A DNA stretch of 64,000 bases, taken from assembly GCA_963662545.2 (NCBI GenBank), contig CAXXLL010000003.1:1664001-1728000 (forward strand). The letters are read 5' to 3'. The notes below the pieces were generated by a model that was not told the DNA's origin, made no database searches, and saw only the letters and a list, made by a program, of their open reading frames with translations. Source of the stretch: Gammaproteobacteria bacterium. Lineage in GTDB: Bacteria > Pseudomonadota > Gammaproteobacteria > Ga0077536. Below, in pieces: positions 11,195 to 22,391 of the stretch. Position 1 is the stretch's first letter; each line of letters begins with the position of its first letter. Both the position numbers and the translations under genes were made by a program.

Positions 11195-11620
11195 CTACCG
11201 TTGCAGAGGCTGCGTTATCAGGCCGACGGAAACGACCCCTGCCTGTTGTAAGAGGGTCATGACTCGTATTACCCGCCCGTAATCGACCGCTCGATCACCC
11301 TCCACGAAAACCTCAATCTGCGGGCGATACTTCTTGAGCGCGGCGATGCGCGTAACGAGCACCTCTTCAGTCACGGCGTCCTCGGGATTTTCACCGAAAT
11401 CGATGAACACACTGCCGGCGGAATCGACTGACACGATCACCGGTTCATTCTCGCTCGGCGGAAGCACCTCGGAGGGCGCCTGCGGCAGATCAATTTTGAC
11501 GCCCTGTGTGATGAGCGGTGCCGTGATCATGAAAATGATCAGCAACACGAGTAGGACGTCGAGATAGGGAACCATGTTGATTTCCGACATCAAACGCCGA
11601 CGTTCATTTGAAGGTCGCAT
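11195..11620 (-). CDS. tolR: TolR
   Basis: EINMVPYLDVLLVLLIIFMITAP. Confidence 0.96.
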   Translation of the reverse strand: MRPSNERRRLMSEINMVPYLDVLLVLLIIFMITAPLITQGVKIDLPQAPSEVLPPSENEPVIVSVDSAGSVFIDFGENPEDAVTEEVLVTRIAALKKYRPQIEVFVEGDRAVDYGRVIRVMTLLQQAGVVSVGLITQPLQR

Positions 11621-11671
11621 GCAGTGGAGCTCCTGACAGGTCGTTGATTAAATGAATGACTCAACCGGTGA

Positions 11672-12346
11672 TTAATCGTGTACCTGACGTCTCAGGATCG
11701 AAAGAAATTCTTCGTGAAAAATGTCGTATCGTCCGAATACCCGATCGATATCGCTGGAATAGAGGTTGTAGGCAACGACGGCGGGAATGGCCGCAAACAA
11801 CCCCATTGCGGTGGCTACCAGCGCTTCTGATATTCCCGGTGCGACCATGGCGAGCGTCGCCTGATGGACGTTGCCGAGCGCCTGAAACGAATTCATGATC
11901 CCCCATACCGTCCCAAATAGACCGATGTAGGGACTGACCGAACCCACGGTCGCAAGCGTCGGAAGATTCGCTTCCAGCATCTCTAGTTCGCGACTGACGG
12001 CGACCTTCATGGCGCGCTGCGCGCCATCCAGGATGTCCGTCGCATCCATGCCGCCGCGCTTGCGCAGCCGCGCGAATTCTCGAAATCCGGCCTCGAATAT
12101 GCGCTCCATACCGGTCTTCTCGTGCTCTTGTGCTGAAACTCGATTGAAGAGCGCCGTTAAATCCTCGGTCGACCAGAATTCGTCCTCGAATTCCTTGACG
12201 TCACGCTTGGCTTTGAGCATCTGGCGCCGCTTCGCGAAAATCAGGGCCCAGGAGGCGATGGACGCGATCAAAAGAACCAGCATGACGAATTTGACGAGCA
12301 GGCTCGCCCCCAGGATCAGGCTCGCGATGGACAAATCAGTTTGCAC
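11672..12346 (-). CDS. tolQ: TolQ
   Basis: SPYIGLFGTVWGIM, APGISEAL, AAIPA. Confidence 0.97.
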   Translation of the reverse strand: MQTDLSIASLILGASLLVKFVMLVLLIASIASWALIFAKRRQMLKAKRDVKEFEDEFWSTEDLTALFNRVSAQEHEKTGMERIFEAGFREFARLRKRGGMDATDILDGAQRAMKVAVSRELEMLEANLPTLATVGSVSPYIGLFGTVWGIMNSFQALGNVHQATLAMVAPGISEALVATAMGLFAAIPAVVAYNLYSSDIDRVFGRYDIFHEEFLSILRRQVHD

Positions 12347-12749
12347 TTTGAAATACCCTCAACATCTGCCCCGGAATTCGTCGTGGTTTGAACGAGCTTG
12401 CATCGACGCAGGCAACGCGGTTGCTGGCCGTGCAAACGCACCGGTGTTCGCAGTCCTCGATGATTTGCTCGAACTCCAGGCTTGCTCCGCGCAATCTTTC
12501 GAGTCCTGTTGTTACCGTGAGTTCCTCGTTGAACCGTGCCGCCCGGACGTATTTCACATCGGTTTGATTGACGACGAACACGATATTGAAATCGTTGAGC
12601 AAGGCATCCTGCTCAAATCCCAACGCACGCAGCCACTCGGTCCGCGCGCGCTCCATGAAGCGAAGATAGTTCGCGTGATAAACGATTCCCGCTGCATCGG
12701 TATCCTCGTAATAGACGCGCACCGGCCACACGAAGCGATCGCTTATCAT
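12336..12749 (-). CDS. ybgC: Tol-Pal-associated acyl-CoA thioesterase
   Basis: RVYYEDTDAAGIVYHANYL; start position approximate. Confidence 0.93.
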   Translation of the reverse strand: MISDRFVWPVRVYYEDTDAAGIVYHANYLRFMERARTEWLRALGFEQDALLNDFNIVFVVNQTDVKYVRAARFNEELTVTTGLERLRGASLEFEQIIEDCEHRCVCTASNRVACVDASSFKPRRIPGQMLRVFQSAN

Positions 12750-12774
12750 CGATTCCAGTCGCAGGTATGCGCCT

Positions 12775-13818
12775 TCACTCGCCCTGCGGAAACAAGTCAT
12801 CGGCCTGGCGCATTGATTCGGGCATCGTCAACCCGAAATGGTGCCAGGCCGTTTTAGTTGCTGTGCGCCCTCTCGGCGTGCGCATCAAGAAACCCTGTTG
12901 AATCAAATACGGTTCGATCACATCTTCGATCGTGCCCCGCTCCTCGCCGAGCGCCGCTGCCAGATTGTCGATCCCGACCGGCCCGCCGTCGAATTTCTGC
13001 ATGATCGCCAGCAACAGTTTGCGATCCATCACATCGAAACCGTGCTGATCCACATTCAACAAGTCCAGTGCACGCGTTGCCACTTTCGCGCTCAAGACGC
13101 CGTCGGCCTTGATTTCTGCGTAATCACGGGACCGCCTGAGCAAGCGGTTGGCTATCCGCGGCGTGCCGCGCGAGCGTTCCGCGATCGTCTGCGTTCCTTC
13201 GTCGTCGATAGCCACGCCGAGAATGTCCGCGGCGCGCCGCACGATGCGCGCCAGCTCCGCAGCGGAATAAAATTCCAGTCGCTGCACGATACCGAAACGG
13301 TCGCGCAGCGGCGAGGTCAATAAACCGGCGCGCGTGGTCGCCCCGATCAACGTGAACTTCGGCAGATCGAGCTTGATCGCACGGGCGGCCGGCCCCTCCC
13401 CGATCATGATGTCCAGTTGGTAGTCCTCCAACGCGGGATAGAGGGTTTCCTCGACTACCGGGCTCAACCGGTGAATTTCATCAATGAACAGGACGTCTCG
13501 CGGCTCGAGGTTGGTGAGCAAGGCCGCGAGATCACCCGGCTTTTCGAGTACCGGTCCCGAGGTCTGTCGCAGGTTGACCTTCATCTCGTTCGCCACGATG
13601 TGGGCGAGTGTGGTTTTGCCGAGGCCCGGCGGGCCGAAGATCAACACGTGGTCGAGCGCTTCACCGCGCTTAACCGCCGCGCCTATGAAGATCTCCATTT
13701 GCTCGTGCACGGCCGGCTGGCCGATGAAATCCACCAGCAGCCGAGGTCGGATGGAATCGTCGGCAGCGGAATCTTCGTTCGTTGCTTCGGCGGTAATGAG
13801 GCGATCGGGATCGGACAT
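12775..13818 (-). CDS. ruvB: Holliday junction helicase RuvB
   Basis: [28 protein letters not shown]. Confidence 0.98.
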   Translation of the reverse strand: MSDPDRLITAEATNEDSAADDSIRPRLLVDFIGQPAVHEQMEIFIGAAVKRGEALDHVLIFGPPGLGKTTLAHIVANEMKVNLRQTSGPVLEKPGDLAALLTNLEPRDVLFIDEIHRLSPVVEETLYPALEDYQLDIMIGEGPAARAIKLDLPKFTLIGATTRAGLLTSPLRDRFGIVQRLEFYSAAELARIVRRAADILGVAIDDEGTQTIAERSRGTPRIANRLLRRSRDYAEIKADGVLSAKVATRALDLLNVDQHGFDVMDRKLLLAIMQKFDGGPVGIDNLAAALGEERGTIEDVIEPYLIQQGFLMRTPRGRTATKTAWHHFGLTMPESMRQADDLFPQGE

Positions 13819-13891
13819 GTTTTTACTGCTGTGGTGCGGTCTAACCAATTTAAGGATCCGGTTCGCGAATCCGGGTTGAACGGGCTGCTAG

Positions 13892-14051
13892 CAGCCTGTC
13901 GGACTTAGGAAGAATTGACTTGGGCGTTGGGATAGGGGTCCAGATGTGCCATGGTTTTCGTTAAATAGCCCCACTATTCGCCTCAAACCATGACACATCT
14001 GGACTCGCTCTCCCAACCGCCTCGCTACGATTCCCTAAGTCCGACAGGCTG
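13892..14051. mobile_element. MITE, 160 bp, family B, copy 1
   Basis: TIR CAGCCTGTCGGACTTAGG / CCTAAGTCCGACAGGCTG with CTAG direct repeats on both sides; related copy at 49098-49256. Confidence 0.9.
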
Positions 14052-14645
14052 CTAGCCGGCCAGGTTTTTCAGTACCTCGCGGATGATGTCTTCGCTTTTC
14101 ATGTTCCCGACGTCCAACGCATGGACGAATTTACTTGCTTCGGCCGGTTTGTAACCTAGCGCTATGAGTCCGCTGATCGCGTCGTTGACGGGCTTATCCC
14201 AGCCCGGTTCCCGTGGTGTCTGCCGGACTTCGTCAGATCTCAGGTCATCGACGCGGTCGCGCATTTCGACAATGAGGCGCTCTGCGGTCTTCTTCCCCAC
14301 GCCGGGCAGAGCCGTCAGTCTTGCCGTATCCCCGGCATGGACGCACTCGGCGAAGGCATTGGCGTCCATACCCGAAAGGATTACCAGCGCCATCTTGGTG
14401 CCGACGCCGTTGACTTTCAGCAGGCTTCGAAACAGTCGCCGTTCGCCCTCCGTCGAGAATCCATAGAGCAGATGCGCGTCGTCGCGCACCGCGAGGTGGG
14501 TATAAAGAGAGACCTGCTGGTTGATGTCGGGAAGCGCCCAGATCGTCGTCATCGGGGCTTCGATTTCATATCCCACGCCGTTGCAGTCGATGATGATCTG
14601 CGGTGGCCGCTTCTCAATGAGCAACCCCGAAATGCGACCGATCAC
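14052..14645 (-). CDS. ruvA: Holliday junction DNA-binding protein RuvA
   Basis: MIGRISG, GVGYE, HhH motifs VNGVG and LPGVGKKTAER. Confidence 0.96.
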   Translation of the reverse strand: MIGRISGLLIEKRPPQIIIDCNGVGYEIEAPMTTIWALPDINQQVSLYTHLAVRDDAHLLYGFSTEGERRLFRSLLKVNGVGTKMALVILSGMDANAFAECVHAGDTARLTALPGVGKKTAERLIVEMRDRVDDLRSDEVRQTPREPGWDKPVNDAISGLIALGYKPAEASKFVHALDVGNMKSEDIIREVLKNLAG

Positions 14646-15145
14646 GCGCGGGCTCCCGCCATCGCGAGCCGGGCCAGACCGTCCCGCATATGCCCGTGGC
14701 ATATCGCCGCGGCGAGGGCATCGGCCGCGTCCGGTTTCGGCGTATCGTCGAGCCCGAGGAGCGCTGTGACCATATGCTGAACCTGGGCCTTGTCCGCGTG
14801 CCCGCGTCCGACGACAGTTTGCTTGATCTGGGTGGCCGAATACTCGCTTATCGCAAGCCCGGCCCTACCCGCAGCGACGATCGCAACGCCGCGGGCATGG
14901 CCGAGTTTGAGCGCCGAATCGGCGTTTCGATTCATGAACACCTTCTCGACGGCAGCCTCCACGGGACTGTATAGGTCAATGATGCGTGATAGTTCATCGA
15001 ACAATAAGGACAATCGATCAGCGAGGGCACCGTTACCGAGACGAATTGAGCCGCAGGCGAGGTAAGACACGCGGTGACGTTCGGTCCGCACGACACCATA
15101 TCCAGTCACCCTGGATCCCGGATCGATACCTAAGATGATCGTCAA
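14642..15145 (-). CDS. ruvC: Holliday junction resolvase RuvC
   Basis: ILGIDPGS, LGHARG, DAADALA. Confidence 0.97.
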   Translation of the reverse strand: MTIILGIDPGSRVTGYGVVRTERHRVSYLACGSIRLGNGALADRLSLLFDELSRIIDLYSPVEAAVEKVFMNRNADSALKLGHARGVAIVAAGRAGLAISEYSATQIKQTVVGRGHADKAQVQHMVTALLGLDDTPKPDAADALAAAICHGHMRDGLARLAMAGARA

Positions 15146-15163
15146 TTGCCGGCGGGCACGAAC

Positions 15164-15913
15164 TCAGGCGTCGAGTGACGCGAGAATTTCGTCAGAGATG
15201 CCAGCATTAGAATACACTTTCTGCACGTCGTCCAGATCCTCCAGCATGTCGAGTAATCGAATCATTTTCTGGGCGCCGTCGTTATCGAGATCGTTATTGT
15301 TATCCGCGCGCATGGTCACTTCCGCGCTTTCCGGTCGGAGACCGCGATCGACCATTGCGTCCCTCACCTCGGAGAACTGGTCGGCATCGGTCAGTACATC
15401 GATCGATCGATCGTCGTTGACGACGACGTCTTCGGCCCCGGCCTCGACCGCGGCCTCCATGATGGCGTCGACGCCGACGTCGCTCGAGTAACTCAATAAA
15501 CCCACCTTATTGAACATGTACGCGACCGACCCGCCCGCCCCCAGATTTCCGCCGCACTTGGTGAAAGCATGGCGCACTTCCGCAACGGTGCGATTTCGAT
15601 TCTCGGTCATGCAGTCGACCATCACCGCTACACCACCGGGACCGTAGCCCTCATAGCGGAACTCTTCGAAGTTTTCGCCTTCGGCAGCGCCGGCGCCGCG
15701 CGCAATGGCTCGTTCAACAGTGTCCTTGGGCATGTTGTTGCCGAGCGCATTATCGAGGGCGGTGCGCAGCCTCGGGTTAGCCAACGCGTCACCGCCGCCG
15801 ATCCGCGCCGCGACGGTAATTTCTCGGATCAGGCGGGTAAAAAGCTTACCGCGTTTGGCGTCCTGGCGGCCTTTACGATGACGGATATTGGCCCATTTAC
15901 TGTGTCCAGCCAT
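15164..15913 (-). CDS. yebC: YebC/PmpR family protein
   Basis: [27 protein letters not shown]. Confidence 0.96.
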   Translation of the reverse strand: MAGHSKWANIRHRKGRQDAKRGKLFTRLIREITVAARIGGGDALANPRLRTALDNALGNNMPKDTVERAIARGAGAAEGENFEEFRYEGYGPGGVAVMVDCMTENRNRTVAEVRHAFTKCGGNLGAGGSVAYMFNKVGLLSYSSDVGVDAIMEAAVEAGAEDVVVNDDRSIDVLTDADQFSEVRDAMVDRGLRPESAEVTMRADNNNDLDNDGAQKMIRLLDMLEDLDDVQKVYSNAGISDEILASLDA

Positions 15914-16010
15914 AGACGGGTCTTGGGTATCCAGTTCGATCAATAAACCGGGGACTATTGTCGCAAATCGGAGGGCGACTTGCAGCGTCGCGTCGCGACG
16001 GGACGGAATC

Positions 16011-17090
16011 TCAGGCGTCGTTGTTGCCGTACACCAGCCGTTTTCGCGATTCTGCGAAATCCAGCAGGCGCTTTATAGGTCGACGTGCGCGATCGGCAAG
16101 CTCGTCGGGCACCGTGATTTCGTTCGCACCTCTCGCCAGCGCGTCGCGAAGCTTGGTCAATCCATTCATCGCCATCCACGGACATTCTGCACAGCTGCGG
16201 CAGGTCGCCCCGTGACCTGCGGTCGGTGCATCGATCAGGTGCTTGTCCGGAGCCGCCTGTTGCATCTTGTAGAAAATTCCCTTGTCCGTGGCGATGATGA
16301 ACTCCGGCGCCGTGGATGTACGCACCTCGTTGATCAACCCGGAAGTCGATCCGACGTAATCCGCCTGTTCAATCACCGAGGGCGGCGACTCCGGATGAAC
16401 GAGAACGCGTGCGCGCGGGTGTTCACTGCGCAGGCCCTCGAGTTCGTGGCCCTTGAATTCCTCGTGAACGATGCATGACCCGTTCCATAGAAGCATATCG
16501 ACGCCCGTTTGCGTACGGATGTAATCGCCGAGGAAGCGGTCGGGTGCCCAGAGTATTTTTTCGCCCTTCGCGGCGAGATGTCGCACCACATCGAGCGCGA
16601 TGCCCGAGGTGACCATCCAGTCGGCCCGCGCCTTCACCGCGGCACTGGTATTGGCGTACACGACGACGGTGCGATCGGGGTGTTCTTCGCAGAAGGCATC
16701 GAAGGCATCGGCGGGGCAACCGAGGTCGAGCGAACAGTTGGCCTCGAGATCGGGCATCAGGACGCGCTTTTCCGGGTTCAGGATCTTCGCAGTCTCACCC
16801 ATGAACCGAACGCCGGCGACGATTAATGTCTGCGCCGCATGGTGATTGCCGAAGTGCGCCATATCGAGGGAATCGGAGACGTGGCCGCCCGTATCGTCGG
16901 CCAGAGCCTGTATTTCAGGATCGGTGTAGTAATGCGCGACGATCACAGCGTCTTCGCGTTTGAGCAGCCGCTTGATCTCGCTGATGACGACCGCGCGTTC
17001 GCTCGCTTCGAGATGCTCCCGGATGACTGGCGGGACCCGCGTCAGCTTGATCGGGCTCGCGCCAAGGTTTTCGATGGAATCACTGCGCAT
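16011..17090 (-). CDS. nadA: Quinolinate synthase
   Basis: [29 protein letters not shown]. Confidence 0.96.
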   Translation of the reverse strand: MRSDSIENLGASPIKLTRVPPVIREHLEASERAVVISEIKRLLKREDAVIVAHYYTDPEIQALADDTGGHVSDSLDMAHFGNHHAAQTLIVAGVRFMGETAKILNPEKRVLMPDLEANCSLDLGCPADAFDAFCEEHPDRTVVVYANTSAAVKARADWMVTSGIALDVVRHLAAKGEKILWAPDRFLGDYIRTQTGVDMLLWNGSCIVHEEFKGHELEGLRSEHPRARVLVHPESPPSVIEQADYVGSTSGLINEVRTSTAPEFIIATDKGIFYKMQQAAPDKHLIDAPTAGHGATCRSCAECPWMAMNGLTKLRDALARGANEITVPDELADRARRPIKRLLDFAESRKRLVYGNNDA

Positions 17091-17181
17091 GCTCGTTAAT
17101 CTTTCCGGCTTAGCCCTATCGTGGGCTTGCAAGGGCGTCACGTCCAGGGTGATTTCTTACGCCAGACGATGCGCCCGCCTT

Positions 17182-17300
17182 GAACCTATCTCAAAATCAT
17201 CCGCGTATGCCTTGTGCCCGTAGGGCCGGGGGCGCCTCGCGCCTTGATGGTCTGCGAAAATCGCGCGCCGTGTACCGACCGATAAATTTTAGATAGGCCC
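17182..17300. mobile_element. Degenerate MITE remnant
   Basis: Imperfect inverted ends GAACCTATCTCAAAAT / ATTTT-AGATAGGCCC; internal CCTCGCGCCTTG also found in the 61614-61767 element. Confidence 0.5.
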
Positions 17301-17364
17301 TAAATATATGGCCGCTTGAACCGCCGATTACAAGGCAATGGGCCGCGACGGCGACCCTGGCAGC

Positions 17365-19143
17365 TCATTCCGACTTGGCGGATCCGGGTTTTCTCAGCCT
17401 GATGGAGAGTTCTCGTAGTTGGCGCTCACTTACTTCGCTAGGCGCCGAAGTCAACGGGCAGTTCGCCGATTGCGTCTTTGGAAAAGCAATGACGTCGCGA
17501 ATCGAGTGTTCTCCGGCCAGGAGCATCACTAGGCGGTCGAGCCCGAATGCGATCCCGCCGTGCGGCGGGCAGCCGTATTGCAGGGCATCGAGCAGAAAAC
17601 CGAATTTTCCTTCCGCTTCCTCGTCGTCCATGCCGAGTAACCGGAAGATCTCGCGCTGGGTTTCGTGGTGATGGATACGGATCGAACCGCCGCCGATCTC
17701 CGAGCCGTTGAGCACCATGTCGTAGGCGCGCGAAAGCGCTTCCCCCGGCGTCTGCCGGACCGTCTCGGGCGCCGCCGGCGCGGTAAACGGGTGGTGCAGG
17801 GGATCCCAGCGCGATTCTTCTCCATTCCAAGCGAACATCGGAAAATCCGTAACCCATAATGGCGCCCATCCCTCTTCGATGAGGCCTAGATCCTCTCCAA
17901 GCTTATCGCGCAGCGCTGCCAGCGCGTCATTGACCACGCGTGCTTTGTCCGCACCGAAGAATACGAGATCCCCATCCTTGGCTTCCGTACGGGAGAGAAT
18001 CTCGGCGACGACTTCATCGGGTAGAAATTTTAGGATCGGCGACTGCAATCCATCTTTGCCCGCCGCACGTTCGTTGATCTTGATGTATGCGAGGCCCTTG
18101 GCGCCGTAGATACTGACGAATTCGGTGTAGCCGTCGATTTGTTTGCGCGTGAGCTTGCCGCCGCCGGGGGCGCGCAGCGCGGCGACGCGGCCTTGGGCAT
18201 CCTGCGCCGGGGTGGCAAATACGTTGAACTCAACGTTTTCCATGAGATCGCCTACCTCGACGAGTTCGAGGGGATTACGCAGGTCCGGTCGATCGGTTCC
18301 GAAACGCCGCATCGCCTCGGCGAAAGTAAGCCGGGGAAAAGGCTTGGGGAGATCAATATCCGCAACGTTTTTGAACAAGGCCCAGATCAGCGCTTCCATG
18401 AGTTTCGTGATCGCGGTTTCATCGACGAAGGACATCTCGACGTCGAGCTGGGTGAATTCCGGTTGGCGATCGGCACGCAGATCCTCATCGCGGAAACAGC
18501 GCACGATCTGGTAGTAACGATCCATGCCTGACATCATCAGTAATTGCTTGAATAGCTGCGGCGACTGGGGGAGCGCAAAGAAGCGCCCCTGGTGCGTACG
18601 GCTGGGGACGAGGTAATCCCGGGCTCCTTCCGGGGTCGCCTTAGTCAGCATCGGCGTTTCGATCTCAAGAAACCCGGCGCCATCGAGAAAACGGCGAAGT
18701 TCGCGCGCGACCCTTGCGCGCAAGCGCAGATTCTCCCGCATGCGGTCCGTTCTCAAGTCGATATACCGGTACTTGAGGCGCGTATCGTCGTGAACGTGTT
18801 GGTCGTCCAACTGAAAGGGCGGCGTCAGCGATTCGTTGAGGATTTCCAGGTCCTTGATCAATACTTCGACCTTGCCGGTCGCCATCTCAGGATTTTCCGT
18901 GCCCGCGGGGCGAAAACGAACGCGACCCGTCGCCCTGAGTACGAACTCGCCTCGGACCTGCTCGGCGATCGCGAAACTCTCCGGGGTATCGGGGTCAATC
19001 ACGATTTGAGCAATGCCTTCCCGATCCCGCAGATCGATGAAGATGACGCCGCCATGGTCCCGTCGGCGATGGACCCAGCCGCACAGTGTCAGCCCCTGAT
19101 CGACCAGGTGCTCGTCGAGTTCGCCGCAATAATGAGTTCTCAT
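17365..19143 (-). CDS. aspS: Aspartate--tRNA ligase
   Basis: [43 protein letters not shown]; the His in RRRDHGG suggests the non-discriminating Asp/Asn type. Confidence 0.98.
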   Translation of the reverse strand: MRTHYCGELDEHLVDQGLTLCGWVHRRRDHGGVIFIDLRDREGIAQIVIDPDTPESFAIAEQVRGEFVLRATGRVRFRPAGTENPEMATGKVEVLIKDLEILNESLTPPFQLDDQHVHDDTRLKYRYIDLRTDRMRENLRLRARVARELRRFLDGAGFLEIETPMLTKATPEGARDYLVPSRTHQGRFFALPQSPQLFKQLLMMSGMDRYYQIVRCFRDEDLRADRQPEFTQLDVEMSFVDETAITKLMEALIWALFKNVADIDLPKPFPRLTFAEAMRRFGTDRPDLRNPLELVEVGDLMENVEFNVFATPAQDAQGRVAALRAPGGGKLTRKQIDGYTEFVSIYGAKGLAYIKINERAAGKDGLQSPILKFLPDEVVAEILSRTEAKDGDLVFFGADKARVVNDALAALRDKLGEDLGLIEEGWAPLWVTDFPMFAWNGEESRWDPLHHPFTAPAAPETVRQTPGEALSRAYDMVLNGSEIGGGSIRIHHHETQREIFRLLGMDDEEAEGKFGFLLDALQYGCPPHGGIAFGLDRLVMLLAGEHSIRDVIAFPKTQSANCPLTSAPSEVSERQLRELSIRLRKPGSAKSE

Positions 19144-19283
19144 GGAAATCAGGTCAGGATCGCCGCTGACGCGGGAAGGGCGGCATGATACGGACTGCCG
19201 CGAAGGCCCGCAATCGGGCCGGAAGCCCGCGCTTTTGGTGCAGGGAGCGGATACCGGCGCGCTTTCGTCAAATAAGTCGGTGC

Positions 19284-19616
19284 TCAGTCACCCGCCGTCG
19301 AACTGGAGGCCTTGCCCGACGCCTCGCCATTAGATTTCTTGGTCTCCGAAGACGCGTCTTTCTTTGTTTCGCTCTTGGAATCCTTGGCGCCCTCCTTATC
19401 GGCTTCGCCTTCTTTTTTGGCGGGTGGTTTTCCCTTGTTCTTGAAATCGGTTTCGTACCAACCCGTCCCCTTGAGCTGGAATGCAACTTTCGACATCAAC
19501 TTTTTTAGACCGTCTTTGGAACACGATGGGCAGGTCTTGAGCAGATCTTCAGTGATCCGCTGCATGACTTCGAGCTTATGGCCACATTCCCGGCACTGGT
19601 ATTCATAAATCGGCAT
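19284..19616 (-). CDS. FmdB family zinc-ribbon protein
   Basis: [12 protein letters not shown]...[17 protein letters not shown], low-complexity tail; commonly upstream of aspS. Confidence 0.9.
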   Translation of the reverse strand: MPIYEYQCRECGHKLEVMQRITEDLLKTCPSCSKDGLKKLMSKVAFQLKGTGWYETDFKNKGKPPAKKEGEADKEGAKDSKSETKKDASSETKKSNGEASGKASSSTAGD

Positions 19617-19943
19617 CAAGGGTTCTCTGCATCCGAAGAGCGAGAGATCATGGAGATATATATTCAAATATCAAGTAATTCGCTCAATTGGGATGCGCAC
19701 GGAGAGATGCATACCGGCGTCTACGGCGCTCTTGTCAACCTACCCGGTATCCTGGCGGTCGACGATTCGAGTGGCGTGTACTTGGTAGGAAGGATTAGTT
19801 AGGATCGCGGCCCGAATCGGCGTGGCTGAGCGGCGGTCGGCGTAACGGGCCGAGCCCGGGCCCTGCTCGGGCCGGCGCGAACGGCCGGGGCCAATCAAAG
19901 TCCCCAACTTCGCGCCATCAAGGGCCGGTACCGCATAAATTCA

Positions 19944-20019
19944 GGGCCGTTAGCTCAGTTGGTAGAGCACCGGACTTTTAATCCGATGGTCGTAGGTTCG
20001 ATTCCTACACGGCCCACCA
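19944..20019 (+). tRNA. tRNA-Lys(UUU)
   Basis: GGGCCGT acceptor stem, D arm AGCTCAGTTGGTAGAGC, anticodon loop CT-TTT-AA, T arm GTTCGATT, 3' ACCA. Confidence 0.97.
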
Positions 20020-20154
20020 TTTCATACCGAAGCCCTTCGAAATGCCGCGAATCGCATTGTCGCAGTTGCGAGGCGAGCGGGACCGCAGGATTGATTCCGT
20101 TGTTTTCAACGCGCATGGCGGCGCGCAAGCTGCCAAAGCCGCCATCCGTCCGCG

Positions 20155-21180
20155 TCAAGAAAAGGCCGGGATCACCTGCTCGCCAAACAAGCGCAACGAG
20201 CGCTCGAACATTGAGGTCGGGATCCCCGGTAGCTGCATGCGGCATATGACCTCGGTCGGCGCGAGTTCGTCTCGAAGCTCACGGATGCTTTCGGTCACCA
20301 TGGCCGGATCACCGATGATGTAGCGGGACGCGAAACTGCGGAAGTCGACTTCGTTTTCAGATTGCACGATCTCGCCTTGATCGTTGCGCAACTCTCGCTC
20401 CCCTTCGCCCGATTTTCGGCCATAGAGTCCGAACAGCTCCACGATGGCGGGACCGGCCAGGTCTTCTGCTTCTGCCAGGCTTGGAGCCACGAAGAGTTCG
20501 CGGATGATCGGCCGTTCACGCGTCGCGAAACCGATTTCGGCGGCCGCCGCGTCGTAGCGGGCATAGTGTGCCTTGAGTTCTTCGTTGGTGTGTCGGGGCG
20601 ATGCGGTGACCGGACATTTGCGCCGCGCTGCGCGCTTGAGCAGCTTGGGGCCGGAAACGCCGTACCAGATGGGGATCGGGTTCTGCACCGGGCGCGGTAC
20701 AACACGCGTCGGCGGCACCGTGTAGAAACGACCGCGGTAGGCGAGGATTTCGCTGGCCCAGGATGCTTCGAGAATATCGAGGATTTCTTCGGAGCGGCCG
20801 AATCGCTCGTCATGCGGCACCTGGTAGGCCGTGAACTCCTCCGACACGTATCCCGGTGCCACACCCAGGGTGAGACGCCCGTTCGACAGATTATCGAGGG
20901 TGATCACATCCTCGACCAGCCGCAGCGGATCGTAGAGCGGCAAAATCAGTATGTTGCTGACCAGGCGCAGGCGCCGGGTAAGGCCGGCAGCTTGCGCCAG
21001 GACAATCAATGGGCTCGGCGCCCAACCGTTGTCCTGAAAATGATGCTCGGTCGTTTGGAAAGAGTCGAAACCGAGCGATTCGGCGAGCGGCAGCAGGCGT
21101 TCGAGTTCCTGAAAGGTATCCCGGTGCGTCATCGAGCCGTCGCGCGGGGTAATGAAACTGTACATTAAACCGAATCGCAT
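20155..21180 (-). CDS. LLM-class (luciferase-like) flavin-dependent monooxygenase
   Basis: AESLGFD..TEHHF, LDNLSNGRLTLGV, PRPVQ, FGEQVIP. Confidence 0.9.
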   Translation of the reverse strand: MRFGLMYSFITPRDGSMTHRDTFQELERLLPLAESLGFDSFQTTEHHFQDNGWAPSPLIVLAQAAGLTRRLRLVSNILILPLYDPLRLVEDVITLDNLSNGRLTLGVAPGYVSEEFTAYQVPHDERFGRSEEILDILEASWASEILAYRGRFYTVPPTRVVPRPVQNPIPIWYGVSGPKLLKRAARRKCPVTASPRHTNEELKAHYARYDAAAAEIGFATRERPIIRELFVAPSLAEAEDLAGPAIVELFGLYGRKSGEGERELRNDQGEIVQSENEVDFRSFASRYIIGDPAMVTESIRELRDELAPTEVICRMQLPGIPTSMFERSLRLFGEQVIPAFS

Positions 21181-21404
21181 ACACCCACCTCGTATAGCCG
21201 GCCGACTGCATGGAGGACGGCTGCCGAGTTCGATAACGTCGCCCGACGGGATCTTCGGTGTATGGAGAATTGTTGATTCGCCAGATCGACCGCCGATGCG
21301 GGACAGCAGGACGGCTCATGATAACCAAAGCGATCAATACGAACAGGTGTGCACCGCCGCCGCATTAGGTGGCGCGCGGAGTGCGGATTCGGGCGTTCAG
21401 GCGA

Positions 21405-21707
21405 TCAAGCGGCGCGAGAGAAGCGTTCCGGTTGCGGCAAATGCTCGACGTTTTGAGTGTCAGGGACGGGTAAATCATCCGCCCGCGCGGAGCCCGAACT
21501 GCGCATCACGTTGGTGATCTCGCAAAGCCGCGCCGTGATGAAGGCGCTGGCGGCGCCAATCAGGCAGTATTTAAACGCGATCAACAGAAGCGGCTCAGGG
21601 ACGGAGGCCGCGAACCAAAGTGCACCGATCAACGCGAAGCCGGCGCCCAGGAGTGCAATCGCGCCGAGGTAGTCGAGTGAATAGCAGATCCAGTTCCGAT
21701 TCTTCAA
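21405..21707 (-). CDS. Small hypothetical membrane protein (2 TM)
   Basis: Two hydrophobic segments; GGAC RBS-like sequence upstream. Confidence 0.5.
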   Translation of the reverse strand: MKNRNWICYSLDYLGAIALLGAGFALIGALWFAASVPEPLLLIAFKYCLIGAASAFITARLCEITNVMRSSGSARADDLPVPDTQNVEHLPQPERFSRAA

Positions 21708-21966
21708 TTCATTGGTCCGTGATGGAGGCCTTTTTGAGATTCTTCTTGGGCGGCTGTTTTACGTTGGACGCTAATATATCGAAGATAGGACGGAAAACTG
21801 TTAAATGCGCCACAGTGAACGCAGATTTAACACAATTTAATGTTCGGGTGGTGGCGATCGTCGGTGCTGTGTGCTGAGGCCCGTGATGGAAAGACCGGCC
21901 CCATCACGGCCAGAAAATACTCAAGTGCCGGAAATTCGCGGCTTTGCGCCGCACAGGGCGTGGCAC

Positions 21967-22314
21967 CTACCAGTTCCATACATCTACCGAAACGCTGGTG
22001 CAGGGTGTCCAGGCTGCCCCAGCACAGCCAATAGGCGGGGTAACGATTAATGACGCCGGGTTACCCGCCGTGGCATCGTAAATCTTCGCTGCCAGCGCCT
22101 GCCGACCCGGATAGCGTTGCCGTATGTTTTCCCGCCGGGGGCCGAGCGTGCCCATCAGCGAACCGCCCCTCATCGGGTGGCAGGCGAGGCCGTTGCCCCT
22201 GTCCCGTGCGAAGGCGAGTTCGCGACCCGTATTACGGGCATCGGTGTCCGACGCGCGCAGTAAAGCGGGGGGAAACAATACCAGGGAAATCACCGCGGCC
22301 GCGGCTAGTCCCAT
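21967..22314 (-). pseudogene. soxX: Degenerate SoxX-like c-type cytochrome
   Basis: GRELAFARDRGNGLACH...GTLGP...IYDAT..NP resembles SoxX, but CxxCH reads GLACH and the distal MP.FG Met ligand is absent. Confidence 0.65.
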
Positions 22315-22391
22315 TCAATTCCGCGGCACTTCGGGATCGCTAACCCGCATTTCCGAACACCCGCGCAACGGGCCGCGGTGAGCGATTCGAT

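Noticed and set aside
21799-21832. Inverted repeat TGTTAAAT-N18-ATTTAACA upstream of the small membrane protein gene
   Set aside because: Single occurrence with no recognisable regulator consensus.
20020-22390. tRNA-Lys-anchored genomic island
   Set aside because: No integrase and no duplicated tRNA 3' end seen.
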